The position numbers and the translations under genes were made by a program. Below are positions 29,206 through 38,859 of a stretch of DNA of 64,000 nucleotides, piece after piece; the stretch's first letter is position 1; each line of letters opens with the position of its first letter. Source of the stretch: Fimbriimonadales bacterium (GTDB lineage Bacteria > Armatimonadota > Fimbriimonadia > Fimbriimonadales > ATM1); assembly GCA_051003155.1 (NCBI GenBank), contig JBPCLO010000012.1:1-64000 (forward strand), read 5' to 3'. Below the pieces are notes generated by a model. The model was not told where the DNA came from, ran no database searches, and saw nothing but the letters and a program-made list of their open reading frames with translations.

Positions 29206-30072
29206 TTATTCGTCCTCGACCACCGCGGTTCGGGCGCGCTTGCGGCGTCCGCCGCCTTCCACCTGGTCATCGTCGTCGAGCGAGTAGGCCCGGAGCATTT
29301 CAAGCTCGACCTCGCCGAGAGGCACCGTCTCTGCTTCCTCTTCCACACCCTCGACCGCCTCGACCGGCTCGGCTTCGCCTGCCACCTCGTCGATCGGTCG
29401 TAGCTCGGTCACCAGGTCCGCGATCTTGCCCGTAATCAGGCGGACCGACCGAATGGCGTCGTCGTTGCCCGGAATGATGAAGTCGGCTTCGTCCGGGTCG
29501 CAATTCGTATCCACGATGGCCACCACCGGGATGCCCAGAATGCGCGCTTCGGCCACTGCGATCGCCTCGGCTTTCACGTCCACTACGAACATCATCGTGG
29601 GCATGCCGCTCATGTCCTTCACGCCGTCGAAGAACCGGTGCAGCCTTTCGCGCTCTTGCTCGCGCATCAGGGCTTCGATCTTCGGCAACCTTTGGAAGTA
29701 GCCCTCATCGGCCATGCGGTCGAGTTCCTTCAGGCGTCCGACGCGGCCCTGCATGGTCTTCCAGTTCGTGAGCAATCCGCCCATCCACCGCTCGGCGACA
29801 TAGGGCATGTGGCACTTGGTGGCCATTTCCTTGATCACGCCCGCGGCTTGCTTCTTGGTGCCGACGAACATAACGTTGCCGCCGTTCTCGACGTTCTCGC
29901 GGACCGCTTCGAGGGCCTTTTCGAAAAGCTTGATCGTCTGGTGCAGATCGATGATGTAGATGCCGTTGCGGGCGCCGTAGATGTACCGTTTCATCTTGGG
30001 GTGCCATCTGCGTGTCGCGTGGCCGAAGTGCACGCCTGCCTCAAGCAGTTCGCGCATGGTTAGTGGGGTCAT
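29206..30072 (-). CDS. rpsB: 30S ribosomal protein S2
   Basis: [31 protein letters not shown]. Confidence 0.98.
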   Translation of the reverse strand: MTPLTMRELLEAGVHFGHATRRWHPKMKRYIYGARNGIYIIDLHQTIKLFEKALEAVRENVENGGNVMFVGTKKQAAGVIKEMATKCHMPYVAERWMGGLLTNWKTMQGRVGRLKELDRMADEGYFQRLPKIEALMREQERERLHRFFDGVKDMSGMPTMMFVVDVKAEAIAVAEARILGIPVVAIVDTNCDPDEADFIIPGNDDAIRSVRLITGKIADLVTELRPIDEVAGEAEPVEAVEGVEEEAETVPLGEVELEMLRAYSLDDDDQVEGGGRRKRARTAVVEDE

Positions 30073-30142
30073 GTATTCTCCTTGGGTTATTCCTCCGGCG
30101 GGCCGTGATGCTAAGCACCCAAGGGGCCACACCGTGTGTGAT
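30073..30142 (-). ncRNA. rpsB 5' leader (t44/S2 autoregulatory RNA)
   Basis: ACACACG...GGGTGC...GGAGGAATAACCC, matching the conserved S2-leader motifs; TAAAAT -10 box at 30149-30154. Confidence 0.75.
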
Positions 30143-30243
30143 GTGCCTATTTTACCCTTATCGACCGGCGACTGGCCGAGCCGCCAACAAGTCCTATAGG
30201 TCCTATCAGCCCACCAGTCATTTTTGGGGCTAAACTAGCGCGA

Positions 30244-31605
30244 GTGGCGCTAAGGGAACGCTCTCTGGGTTGGCAGTTCGGGTTGTCGGCGTATTGGTTC
30301 GCCACCAACCTGAAGTGGTTCATCCTGCTCTCGGCCGTCCTATCCAAGCAGGTTGCCGGGATGGTTCCCGGCGGGGAAAAGAGCACGGCTTGGGGAACCG
30401 TCGTCATGGTCGGAGCGGCCTGGGCTCTTTTTGGCCCGGCGATCTTCGGAAGGCTCGCCGACCGGCTCGGCAAATGGCGGCCGTTCATGGCGATCGGCTG
30501 CGCGGGCACGGTGATCGCGTTGTTCGTCCTCAGCCAGGCGCCGTCGTTCTGGGTGCTTGTCGCAGGGTATTTGCTTCTCCAGATCAGCGACGACGTTGCG
30601 CAAGGGCCCTATGCTGCGCTCATACCAGGGCTTGTACCAAAGGAGCAGCGGGGAAGAGCGAGTGGCATCATGTCACTGCTGCTCCTTTCGGCTCAGATCG
30701 TAGGCGGTATTGGCGCCTTCGTCTTAGGAGACCTCGCTTCGATCTACATCCTGATCGGTGTGGTCAACATCATCTGCGCTTTGATCACACTCGGAACCGT
30801 GCGCGAAAACCCGGAGCGAGAACCTCCGGCGCAAACAAACTTAGTCGAGGCATGGATCGCGCCGTTCCGTGACCACGACTTTCGCTGGGTTTGGTTCACG
30901 CGCTTCCTGAATATGGTCGGCTTCTATCTGATTTACAACTACCTGCAGTATTTTCTTGCAGACGCTGTTGGTGAGTTCAAGTTCTTCGGTTTTGATGTCG
31001 CTCCGGTTGGCGCAGGTGATATGGGCACTGCGGCCTCATCAGCTGCTGCGTATGTAACTTCTGCGGCGACGGCTTCGGTAGAGGCAGCTTCGGCGGTTTC
31101 CGCCGGGGTCTTCGCCGCGTTGGACCGAGCGGCTTTGGAGGCGGCTTCGTTCAAGGCGGTCTTCATCCTGCTGATATTGATCTCGTTTATCGGGGCAGGG
31201 GCCGCCGCCCTCGGCGGGCGAATGGCCGACAAAGTCGGGAGGAAGAAAGTGATCTACGTTGCGGGCACATTGATGTCGCTACCCCTAATTCCTTTCGCGC
31301 TCATCCACAACTTCTCTTACATCGTCCTCCTTGCGATCCCCTTCGCGATCGGCTACGGGGCGTACCAGAGCGCCGACTGGGCGTTGGCTTCCGACGTGAT
31401 GCCCGCCGGCGGGCTCGCGAAAAACATGGGTATCTGGCAAAGCTGCATCGCCGCTCCGCAGCTCATCAGCGGTTTGGCGGGCCGCGCGGTGGACGCCGGA
31501 AACAAGATGGGGCCGAACCTCGGCTATACTCTCACGTTCATGTTCGCGACCGTCGCCTTCGCGGTCGGAATCATTTTGATAAGGCTGGTTCGCGGAAGCA
31601 CGTAG
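30244..31605 (+). CDS. MFS transporter
   Basis: GRLADRLGKWRP and GRMADKVGRK motif A; about 12 TM helices. Confidence 0.92.
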   Translation: MALRERSLGWQFGLSAYWFATNLKWFILLSAVLSKQVAGMVPGGEKSTAWGTVVMVGAAWALFGPAIFGRLADRLGKWRPFMAIGCAGTVIALFVLSQAPSFWVLVAGYLLLQISDDVAQGPYAALIPGLVPKEQRGRASGIMSLLLLSAQIVGGIGAFVLGDLASIYILIGVVNIICALITLGTVRENPEREPPAQTNLVEAWIAPFRDHDFRWVWFTRFLNMVGFYLIYNYLQYFLADAVGEFKFFGFDVAPVGAGDMGTAASSAAAYVTSAATASVEAASAVSAGVFAALDRAALEAASFKAVFILLILISFIGAGAAALGGRMADKVGRKKVIYVAGTLMSLPLIPFALIHNFSYIVLLAIPFAIGYGAYQSADWALASDVMPAGGLAKNMGIWQSCIAAPQLISGLAGRAVDAGNKMGPNLGYTLTFMFATVAFAVGIILIRLVRGST

Positions 31606-31617
31606 TATCATCTCCGG

Positions 31618-33108
31618 GTGACAGCGGAAGCGCCGGCACTAAGAAGCTCCGAGATTCTGCGGTTCTATTACCCTCTCGCGCTCTCCTGGCTGTTCATGGC
31701 GCTCGAATCGCCGATTGCGATCGGCGTCCTTTCGCGACTGTCGGGGGTGGAGGTCAACACAGCCGCCTTCTTTGTCCTGATGGGGCTGGCCCTTTGGATC
31801 GAAAGCCCGGTGATCGACCTGCTCTCGACCTCCACGACCCTCTCGAAGAACTACCAGGATTTCCTTACCCTTCAGCGGTTCGCTCTTGGGGTGATTGGCG
31901 TCGTCACCGCGGTTCATTTCCTCGTAGCGTGGACGCCGCTCTACGGCTTCATCACGGAATCGATCATGGGCATTCCGCCTGAGGTCGCGGATGCGGCGAG
32001 GGACGGCTTCCGGATCATGGTCTTGTGGAGCGCGTTCATCGGCTGGAGGCGGTTTCTGCAGGGCGTGATGATCCGCCACGGCATGACCAAGCGCGTGGGC
32101 TACGGCACGCTCGTGCGGCTCTCGACAATGGCGGTCTCCGCCCTCTCTCTTTACAAATACACGGGGCTGCCCAGCATCTCGATCGCGGCGATCGCCCTAA
32201 TGTGTTCCGTGGCGGCGGAGGCAGTCTACGTGCACTTCGCGGCCATGGACGCGGTCCGTATGCTGGAGTTGGAAGCCGAGGGCACGAGCCCGGGTGGCCT
32301 GACGCTCCCACAATTGCTTCGGTTTCACCTGCCGTTGACCGCCACGACTGCGGTTATGATGCTGGGTGCTCCGGTGGTCGGGGCGGCTCTGGCTAGGGCG
32401 CCGAACTCGGTGCTCGCCCTGGCAGGTTGGCAGGTCGCCCAGTCGCTTCTTTGGCTGCACCGCACCATCGTATTTGCCCTTCCCGAGGTTGTTATCACGC
32501 TCTATCAGGACAACGCGTCCGCCCTGAAGCTCCGCCAGTTTTCGCTCAACATCGGCTTGGCGACGAGCGGCTTGTTGTTCCTCGTGGCGTTCAGCCGAGT
32601 GGATATCTGGTTTTTCTCCCGGGTGCTGAGGGCGGAAAGGGATGTGGCGGAGGTAGCGCACCTCGCGTTTATCGCGGGCGGCTTAACGCCGCTGATCGGC
32701 GCTTTACAATCCTATGTGCGGGGCATGCTCACCGCGCACCACCTGACGATGGCAAGGTTCGCGGCAGTCATCGTTTCGATGGGCCTCGTCACGGGACTCC
32801 TCTTCCTGACGGTTGTCACGGGAATCGCCGGCGTGGTCTCAGCGGGCGGAGCGCTCACGATAGCTCTGGCCGCCGAATTGGGAGTTCTTATCTACTCATG
32901 GCGCCGCGGGCGCCCGGGAGACCCCGTGCTGGAAGGCCGAGCTGTCGCCGAAGAGGAAGCTGCCGAGGAACCCTTAGATAGCACTGCTCCCCATGAAGAT
33001 AGGCGGGACACTCGGCTTCATCGGCAGGCTGCGATCCTGCCCCTGATCGTTGCCGTGGGGTTACTCATCGCATTGATAAGGCTTTGGTACCTGCAGGTCG
33101 TTAGATAG
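31618..33108 (+). CDS. MATE/MOP-like polytopic membrane protein
   Basis: Two repeated halves (FYYPLA / FHLPLT...), about 12 TM helices, plus an extra C-terminal tail. Confidence 0.7.
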   Translation: MTAEAPALRSSEILRFYYPLALSWLFMALESPIAIGVLSRLSGVEVNTAAFFVLMGLALWIESPVIDLLSTSTTLSKNYQDFLTLQRFALGVIGVVTAVHFLVAWTPLYGFITESIMGIPPEVADAARDGFRIMVLWSAFIGWRRFLQGVMIRHGMTKRVGYGTLVRLSTMAVSALSLYKYTGLPSISIAAIALMCSVAAEAVYVHFAAMDAVRMLELEAEGTSPGGLTLPQLLRFHLPLTATTAVMMLGAPVVGAALARAPNSVLALAGWQVAQSLLWLHRTIVFALPEVVITLYQDNASALKLRQFSLNIGLATSGLLFLVAFSRVDIWFFSRVLRAERDVAEVAHLAFIAGGLTPLIGALQSYVRGMLTAHHLTMARFAAVIVSMGLVTGLLFLTVVTGIAGVVSAGGALTIALAAELGVLIYSWRRGRPGDPVLEGRAVAEEEAAEEPLDSTAPHEDRRDTRLHRQAAILPLIVAVGLLIALIRLWYLQVVR

Positions 33109-34747
33109 GGTATCCGGCCGATTCCAGAATGGCAGACGCGACAACGTCGGCCGAATCGAACTTGGCGGGCGGGAGTGTCAGGCTCTGTTCGCGCCCGCAC
33201 CGGGCATATACTTCGGCGGCCCTGGCCAGCGCGATGGATTCCGACATTGCTTTGTACTGCGCGGCGGCAGCTGCGGCGAACTCGGCGTTCGGATGCCCTG
33301 CCATCTGCGCAGCACGCTTATGGGCGGACTGCTGCGTCAGATGCCCGATCAGTAGGTCGCTGAGCGCGGCCGCTATCTGCTGGTCCGACGCTAAGTTTTC
33401 ACCCAGGCAACCCGTTGCCACCCTGGCCGACTCGATTAGGAGCTCATGCGTGAAGCTCGAAGGCACGGCTCTGAGGAGAGATTCGGCCAAACCCCGCTTC
33501 ACCACCCGGTCGAAGATGAACAGCCGGTTGACCTCGTTGGTGCCCTCGTAGATGCGAGTGACGCGGGCGTCGCGCCAAATCCGCGAGACCGGGAATTCTT
33601 CGGTAAAGCCGTAGCCTCCGTGGATTTGAATAGCCTCGTCGGCGCAGTAGGCCAGTGCCTCGGTGGAGAAGATTTTGTTGGCCGAGCACTCGATAGCGAA
33701 AACCTCGGCTGCCTTGCGGTTCTCGTCGGCGAGGTCGGCCGCATTGGCGTCGACCGCCTCGAAAGCCGAATCGACAAGCGAGCATACGCGGTAGAGAGTA
33801 CTCTCGACAGCGAAAAACAGCGCTCCCATCCGCGCGAACTTGTCACGGATCAACCCGAACTCGGCTATCGGCTTGCCGAATTGCTTGCGATCCTTTGCGT
33901 ATTTGGCGGAGTGGTGAAGGGCCGAGCGCGCCGGCCCGAGCGACATGGCCCCGAGCTTCAGCCTGCCGAGGTTCAAGGCATTGAATGCGACGCGGTGGCC
34001 TTCGCCTTCCCGGTAAAGCACGTTTGAAGCCGGTACCCGCGCCCCTTCGAGAACGAGCCGTGCGGTCGAGCTTCCCTTGAGGCCGGTCTTATGTTCCTCG
34101 GCGCCGATGCTAACTCCCGTGAAGCCGCGCTCCACTATGAACGCTGTGATCTTGTCGCCATCCGTCTTTGCGAACGTGATGAAAACGTCCGCCCACTTGG
34201 CGTTCGAGATCCACATCTTCGTGCCCGTCAGCAGGTAATCGTCGCCATCGCGAATCGCGCGGGTGGAGAGGCCGAGCGCGTCGGAACCGCTATTCGGCTC
34301 GCTCAGCGCGTACGCTGACATCCATTCGCCGGACGCGAGTTTGGGAAGGTATTTCCGCTTCTGTTCTTCCGTTCCCCAAAGGTAGATCGGCGCCTGTCCA
34401 ATGCCGATGTGAACGGCTACCGTCGTGCTGAAGCTGCCGTTGAGGCTGAGCATTTCCAGGATTCGCGTCCCCAGCGTCTTCGGCAGGCCAAGTCCGCCGT
34501 ATTCCTCGGGTGTTTCCGGCCCCGCGAGGCCGAGTTCGCCCATCTTGGCGAAGAGCGCCGGCATCAGGCCTTCTTCTTGCGTGTCGAGGCGCTCCAGGTG
34601 CGGCTGAACTTCTTTGAGCGCGAACTGCCTCGCCGTGTCGATCATCAGCCGCGCATCGGAATCGAATTCTTCCGGAGAGAAGATGTGGTCCGGCTCTTGG
34701 AAGAGAAACTCCCCCCCACTCGGTTCCGCAGCGACATTGCTCGGCAT
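33101..34747 (-). CDS. Acyl-CoA dehydrogenase
   Basis: YALSEPNSGSDA, GTKMWISN, RKQFGKPI, QIHGGYG, IYEGTNE. Confidence 0.95.
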   Translation of the reverse strand: MPSNVAAEPSGGEFLFQEPDHIFSPEEFDSDARLMIDTARQFALKEVQPHLERLDTQEEGLMPALFAKMGELGLAGPETPEEYGGLGLPKTLGTRILEMLSLNGSFSTTVAVHIGIGQAPIYLWGTEEQKRKYLPKLASGEWMSAYALSEPNSGSDALGLSTRAIRDGDDYLLTGTKMWISNAKWADVFITFAKTDGDKITAFIVERGFTGVSIGAEEHKTGLKGSSTARLVLEGARVPASNVLYREGEGHRVAFNALNLGRLKLGAMSLGPARSALHHSAKYAKDRKQFGKPIAEFGLIRDKFARMGALFFAVESTLYRVCSLVDSAFEAVDANAADLADENRKAAEVFAIECSANKIFSTEALAYCADEAIQIHGGYGFTEEFPVSRIWRDARVTRIYEGTNEVNRLFIFDRVVKRGLAESLLRAVPSSFTHELLIESARVATGCLGENLASDQQIAAALSDLLIGHLTQQSAHKRAAQMAGHPNAEFAAAAAAQYKAMSESIALARAAEVYARCGREQSLTLPPAKFDSADVVASAILESAGYPI

Positions 34748-34776
34748 CGCCGGATTATGGCGTAGGTTTGCCTCCA

Positions 34777-34837
34777 GGCTGCAGACTGCAGGCTGCAGAC
34801 CGGCCGGGCGACCGCCGACTGCCGACTGATGACTGAA
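34777..34837 (+). repeat. Heptamer repeat cluster G(A/G)C(T/C)GNN
   Basis: GGCTGCA GACTGCA GGCTGCA ... GACCGCC GACTGCC GACTGAT GACTGAA. Confidence 0.7.
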
Positions 34838-35196
34838 GGTCGTTGATTCCTCGCCCGGCTCGGAGGGGTTCGAACTCCAGAGATTTCCCGCAGCCGGGGG
34901 AGGCTAGGAGGGGGCTCAGCTCGCAATTCCGGCATGCCTTAGCCACGACGCAGCGACGAAGAGGCCCCCGAAAAGATCAAGGAGCCATCGTGCCGTGCCT
35001 CGAAGTTCGACGCGAGCAAGGTCTTCCAGAAGCAGTCGTTAGGCGGCAAGTGAAGATTTCAGCCTAGGTTGCGATTGCTCGTTTGCGGCGGGTCAGCCGG
35101 GCTTCCATCGAAGCGTTTTCGGCTGCTCTTCGTTAGGAATTCAAGGCTGGAACTACATCCGCGAGTGCAACGCTTAAGAGGTTGAGGAATCAATCG

Positions 35197-36316
35197 GTGC
35201 TGACTCTTACAATCGCCGCGATCGGTCGGGTGGAACGGGGCTCGCGCCCGTCAGATTCACCGTCCATATCGACAAACCCGTGTACGTCGTAGGTGAGCCC
35301 GTCACGATCAAACTCCGCGTCGAGAACGTTTCCACGATATCGGTAACCCTTGCACGGGCCTTTCCCAATGGTGGTCCCCTCTCGGCTAGCTGCGGGCTCT
35401 CGATGCAACGTCTCCGATCACGATACGATATGCAACGTCTCCGATCACGATATGATGTGGTTAGGGCAGAGAGCAAGTTTTCGCGGCCAACGCTCCTATA
35501 CCTCTTAGGCAATCGAATTCCACAGGACGCGATGATAACGCTCAAGCCTGGTGCTGCCGCTGACATTTGTTCGCTAAAGACTGTTTTCAGAAGAGACGCT
35601 CTTGTCGACAATGCCTCAAGATCCCGCGCATCCGGGCCTTGGTATGCAGGCTCCTATCGGGCAATTGCAGAATACGAGTTCGCTGATCCCGGCCCCGCGA
35701 AATGCCATCGAGACTATGTGTTCGAAGGCGATTCGGAAGCCAAGGTTCGATCGGCGGTGCGAGGCAAGTTTTCTGCTTCGTCCGAATTCAAAGTCGTCTG
35801 GCCGGTCGACCTAAGCGTCAAAACCGACAAGGCGGTCTACAAGTCCGGCGAGAAGGTAACCGTCGACTTGATCATGGCGAACAACAGCCCAAAGCCGGTC
35901 GCAGTTGCCAAGGCGCGCTACAAAGGCGGTGTTTCGGCCGGTACCGGAGTTCATGTGAGCGCGATAGGCAAAAGCGTCGAGCTTCCCGAGAAGCGACCTT
36001 CGACACCTCAAGGAAAAATGAGGAGCACCCGAGGGTTACATCAGATTGCTTTGTATACCTCAAGCCCGGTTCGCGTTTCAGGGTCGACCGCGTCACGTTT
36101 GACAAACTTTCGACGAAGAGAGGCTACCTAAAACCGGTGATAGAGCCGCTTGAGCCGGGCGTATACGAGATTAGCGGAATCTATTCGTTTTCGATGCCCA
36201 TTTTGGACCAACCATACCGGGTCGAATACGTGTTCACCCGTGGTGGCAAACGGCTTTACAGCATCGCCTACCAAGGGCTCAAGCACGCAAAGACCAAGTT
36301 CACGGTCGTGAAGTAA
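35197..36316 (+). pseudogene. Frameshifted secreted protein with two Ig-like modules
   Basis: DKPVYVVGEPV and DKAVYKSGEKV module starts; coding signal changes frame near 35235 and near 36015; internal 27-nt duplication. Confidence 0.55.
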
Positions 36317-36431
36317 GCCTATGACAACAGCCAGGTACGCGCCGCCGCATTTCTCTACCGGCGATTCGGGAGTTCCTTCATCCTCGGAGGGATGAAGTTA
36401 GCTTGAGGTAAGGAATGCGAGTGGTAACGTC

Positions 36432-36481
36432 ACCTCTCCCCTTGTGAGAGAGGTCGGTGAGCTTGCGAACCGGGTGAGGGC
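36432..36481. repeat. REP-like palindromic element
   Basis: ACCTCTC...GAGAGGT stem followed by GGGTGAGGG, between convergent genes. Confidence 0.5.
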
Positions 36482-37201
36482 CTATGACAGAAGCCGCTTT
36501 CGCGCCGGCAGTTCGCGCCCGGCGATTTCGGACCAGAAGCGGCAGATCGCTCGCGCGGTCTCTTCCGCTCTCTTGATGAACTCGGGTGGCGAGTCCAGGG
36601 ATTGCAGCTTGGCGAGCGTGACAACGATCTCGCGCGCGGTTTCCTTGGCGTCGCGAAGGTCCGCAACTTCCTGCGGTAAAACCACGCCGCCGGCAGACGG
36701 GCTCAGATAGCACACGCTTCCCGGACTCTTTCCGCTTACCGCCGACACCGAGAACTCGGGCCGAAACCCCGCAAGCTCCATGAGCCGGAGGTCTGCCCAC
36801 GCCAAAGCGCCGAGCGGCTCGCGCGACACCTCTATTCCCCGCAGAGCAATAAGGCACAAATCGAAAACCTCCGGCTGTGGCTCCTCCGGCGGGAGTACGG
36901 CATCGACAACCTCGGCGAAAACCAGGGCACCGAGAAGTCTACGGTAGTCATCGCGAAGCCGAGCGAAAGCGTCGAGCGGCTGTGCCTGCGTTACGTATCT
37001 ATTCTTTCTCCCCAACGCGAGCCCGAACTGGGCGTGCATGAGCGGCTCGGAAACCCCTGCGAGCCGAGCGTTGGCTTTGCGCGCACCCCGAGCGATCGCG
37101 TACATTTTGCCATGCTCCCGGGATAAAAGAGCAATGCGCCGGTCGGATTCACCCGAATCCCACCGGCGCAACACAACGCCCTCGACCGAAATTTCGGACA
37201 A
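36482..37201 (-). CDS. recO: DNA repair protein RecO
   Basis: EGVVLRR...GESDR...GKMYAIARGARK, GFRP. Confidence 0.93.
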   Translation of the reverse strand: MSEISVEGVVLRRWDSGESDRRIALLSREHGKMYAIARGARKANARLAGVSEPLMHAQFGLALGRKNRYVTQAQPLDAFARLRDDYRRLLGALVFAEVVDAVLPPEEPQPEVFDLCLIALRGIEVSREPLGALAWADLRLMELAGFRPEFSVSAVSGKSPGSVCYLSPSAGGVVLPQEVADLRDAKETAREIVVTLAKLQSLDSPPEFIKRAEETARAICRFWSEIAGRELPARKRLLS

Positions 37202-37204
37202 CTT

Positions 37205-37999
37205 TTAGTTCGGAGGGCCGAGCTTGAGCCACTCGATCAGGACGAAGTACGCCCGGTCGATGAATAGCACGAACCGCGTCATCATCGTCGTCCCGAAGAT
37301 CACTCCGAAGCCCACCATCAGCAGCCACCGTCCGGCTAGGGCAGATTTTTGGACCAGCTTGTTCTTCTGCTCGAAGCTATACAAGAAGTAGCTTAGCACC
37401 ACGATGAACGTGATGACGAGGATCAAGTTGTTGAGAGCCTGCGGTGCAGCGAGTACGCCCGGAGGGGCGTTCCTGTCTACGAGCGTCCACGAGTTGGGGA
37501 AGATCGGCCTTGCGGTGTCGGCGATCTGCGGCAGGTACCTGTCGTAGAAAGCTCCCAACTGCTGGCCGGACCATAGGCCGATGATGATTCCGATCGGGAT
37601 TCGGCTGAGCCACGCGTTCTTGGTGCTGAACACGAAGAACGCCAAGAAGCCAACGGGCAGTAGGGCGGCCCAAGCCCAGTGGCCGATCTCGATCGGCATT
37701 CCGCCCTGTGCGGCCTGGCCGACCATCGGCTTCCACCATTGCGGATATAGTACTTCGGCCCAGATCGCGTAGATCGAATACCCTGCCGCGAGCCCGACGA
37801 AGATGTGCTCGACGAATCGATAGAACTTGTTCTCTTTGTAGAGCAGGGAATACAGGCCGAGCGTGAAAAACGCCGCAATCGCGACGCCGAGCGCCGGATG
37901 CATGATCTGCCAATCGTAGGTCGGGTAGCCCTGGTCTCCGCGCCACCACTCGGGCGTCAGCACATTGTTCGGCTGCAGCTGGGCGAAAAATCGCATCAC
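37205..37999 (-). CDS. Conserved hypothetical polytopic membrane protein
   Basis: TLGLYSLLYKENKFYRFVEHIFVG, GRWLLMVGFG...TMMTRF; about 6 TM helices. Confidence 0.8.
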   Translation of the reverse strand: MMRFFAQLQPNNVLTPEWWRGDQGYPTYDWQIMHPALGVAIAAFFTLGLYSLLYKENKFYRFVEHIFVGLAAGYSIYAIWAEVLYPQWWKPMVGQAAQGGMPIEIGHWAWAALLPVGFLAFFVFSTKNAWLSRIPIGIIIGLWSGQQLGAFYDRYLPQIADTARPIFPNSWTLVDRNAPPGVLAAPQALNNLILVITFIVVLSYFLYSFEQKNKLVQKSALAGRWLLMVGFGVIFGTTMMTRFVLFIDRAYFVLIEWLKLGPPN

Positions 38000-38847
38000 T
38001 GCTGGACCCCCCGCTTGCGAAGCACGACCATGGCGACGTTACCGACGATGACCGAAACAATGAGTAGAACGAGCGCAAAGAAAAGTGGGCTCATATATCT
38101 TCTGCCGGACTGGTAGTTGACGTACTTCTTGTCGGGATACGCGGTGTTGAGAAGGTCTTCGTAGTCGAACGCTCCCTTGGCGCCGATGATCATTCCGAAC
38201 AGCTGTCCGCTCGCGTAGTACGGAATGTTCTCGCCCGCCATAACCGCGGTGCACATAAGGCCAACGGGCGCCTTACCTCGGATCCGCTCGTACCAGACGT
38301 TGATGCTCGAAGATGCCGTGACAAGAATAACCGCCTCGAAATCAGACAGGTCTTTGATACCTTTCATAATGGGCTTGTCGTCGATACCCTTCGTGCCGAG
38401 GGTCTTCCGCACGTTCGTGACCATGGACAGAACGTGGTTCTCCGCGTTCGGGAAGTAGCCCGCTACCGCCCAATCGGTTCCTTCTATGTATCTGGCGGCA
38501 TCGGTGGGCTCTTCCTTCAACACTTCGCCGACGGCGATTCGTGCGATCCCCGGAGCCAGCGGGTCGATCGCGGTCAGGATGAATTTGACTCGTTTGCGGA
38601 TGAGGTGCCGGATGAGCCCTTTGAACTGGCCCCGGCTCTCGCCGCCCGTCGAAGTAGTCCAGTCGCTTTCTACAAGCACCAAGCTGCCTTCCTTCATCGA
38701 GTCGACTTTATCGAACATCGATTGCGACATCGGCAGGACCACGTTTGGAACCGTGATCGGTACAAGGACCTGCCACGCGACCAGAACGATTAGGATCGCG
38801 TACAGAACCCTTCGGTCGATTGCGTACAGCGTTTGCCAGAATTTCAT
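37996..38847 (-). CDS. Conserved hypothetical protein, TM-alpha/beta domain-TM
   Basis: IDRRVLY, PYYASGQLFGMIIGAKGAFDYE, IVGN. Confidence 0.8.
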   Translation of the reverse strand: MKFWQTLYAIDRRVLYAILIVLVAWQVLVPITVPNVVLPMSQSMFDKVDSMKEGSLVLVESDWTTSTGGESRGQFKGLIRHLIRKRVKFILTAIDPLAPGIARIAVGEVLKEEPTDAARYIEGTDWAVAGYFPNAENHVLSMVTNVRKTLGTKGIDDKPIMKGIKDLSDFEAVILVTASSSINVWYERIRGKAPVGLMCTAVMAGENIPYYASGQLFGMIIGAKGAFDYEDLLNTAYPDKKYVNYQSGRRYMSPLFFALVLLIVSVIVGNVAMVVLRKRGVQQ

Positions 38848-38859
38848 GCCGTTTCCACC

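Noticed and set aside
34860..34880. GGTTCGAA T-loop-like motif (possible tRNA/selC)
   Set aside because: No acceptor, D or anticodon arms can be folded around it
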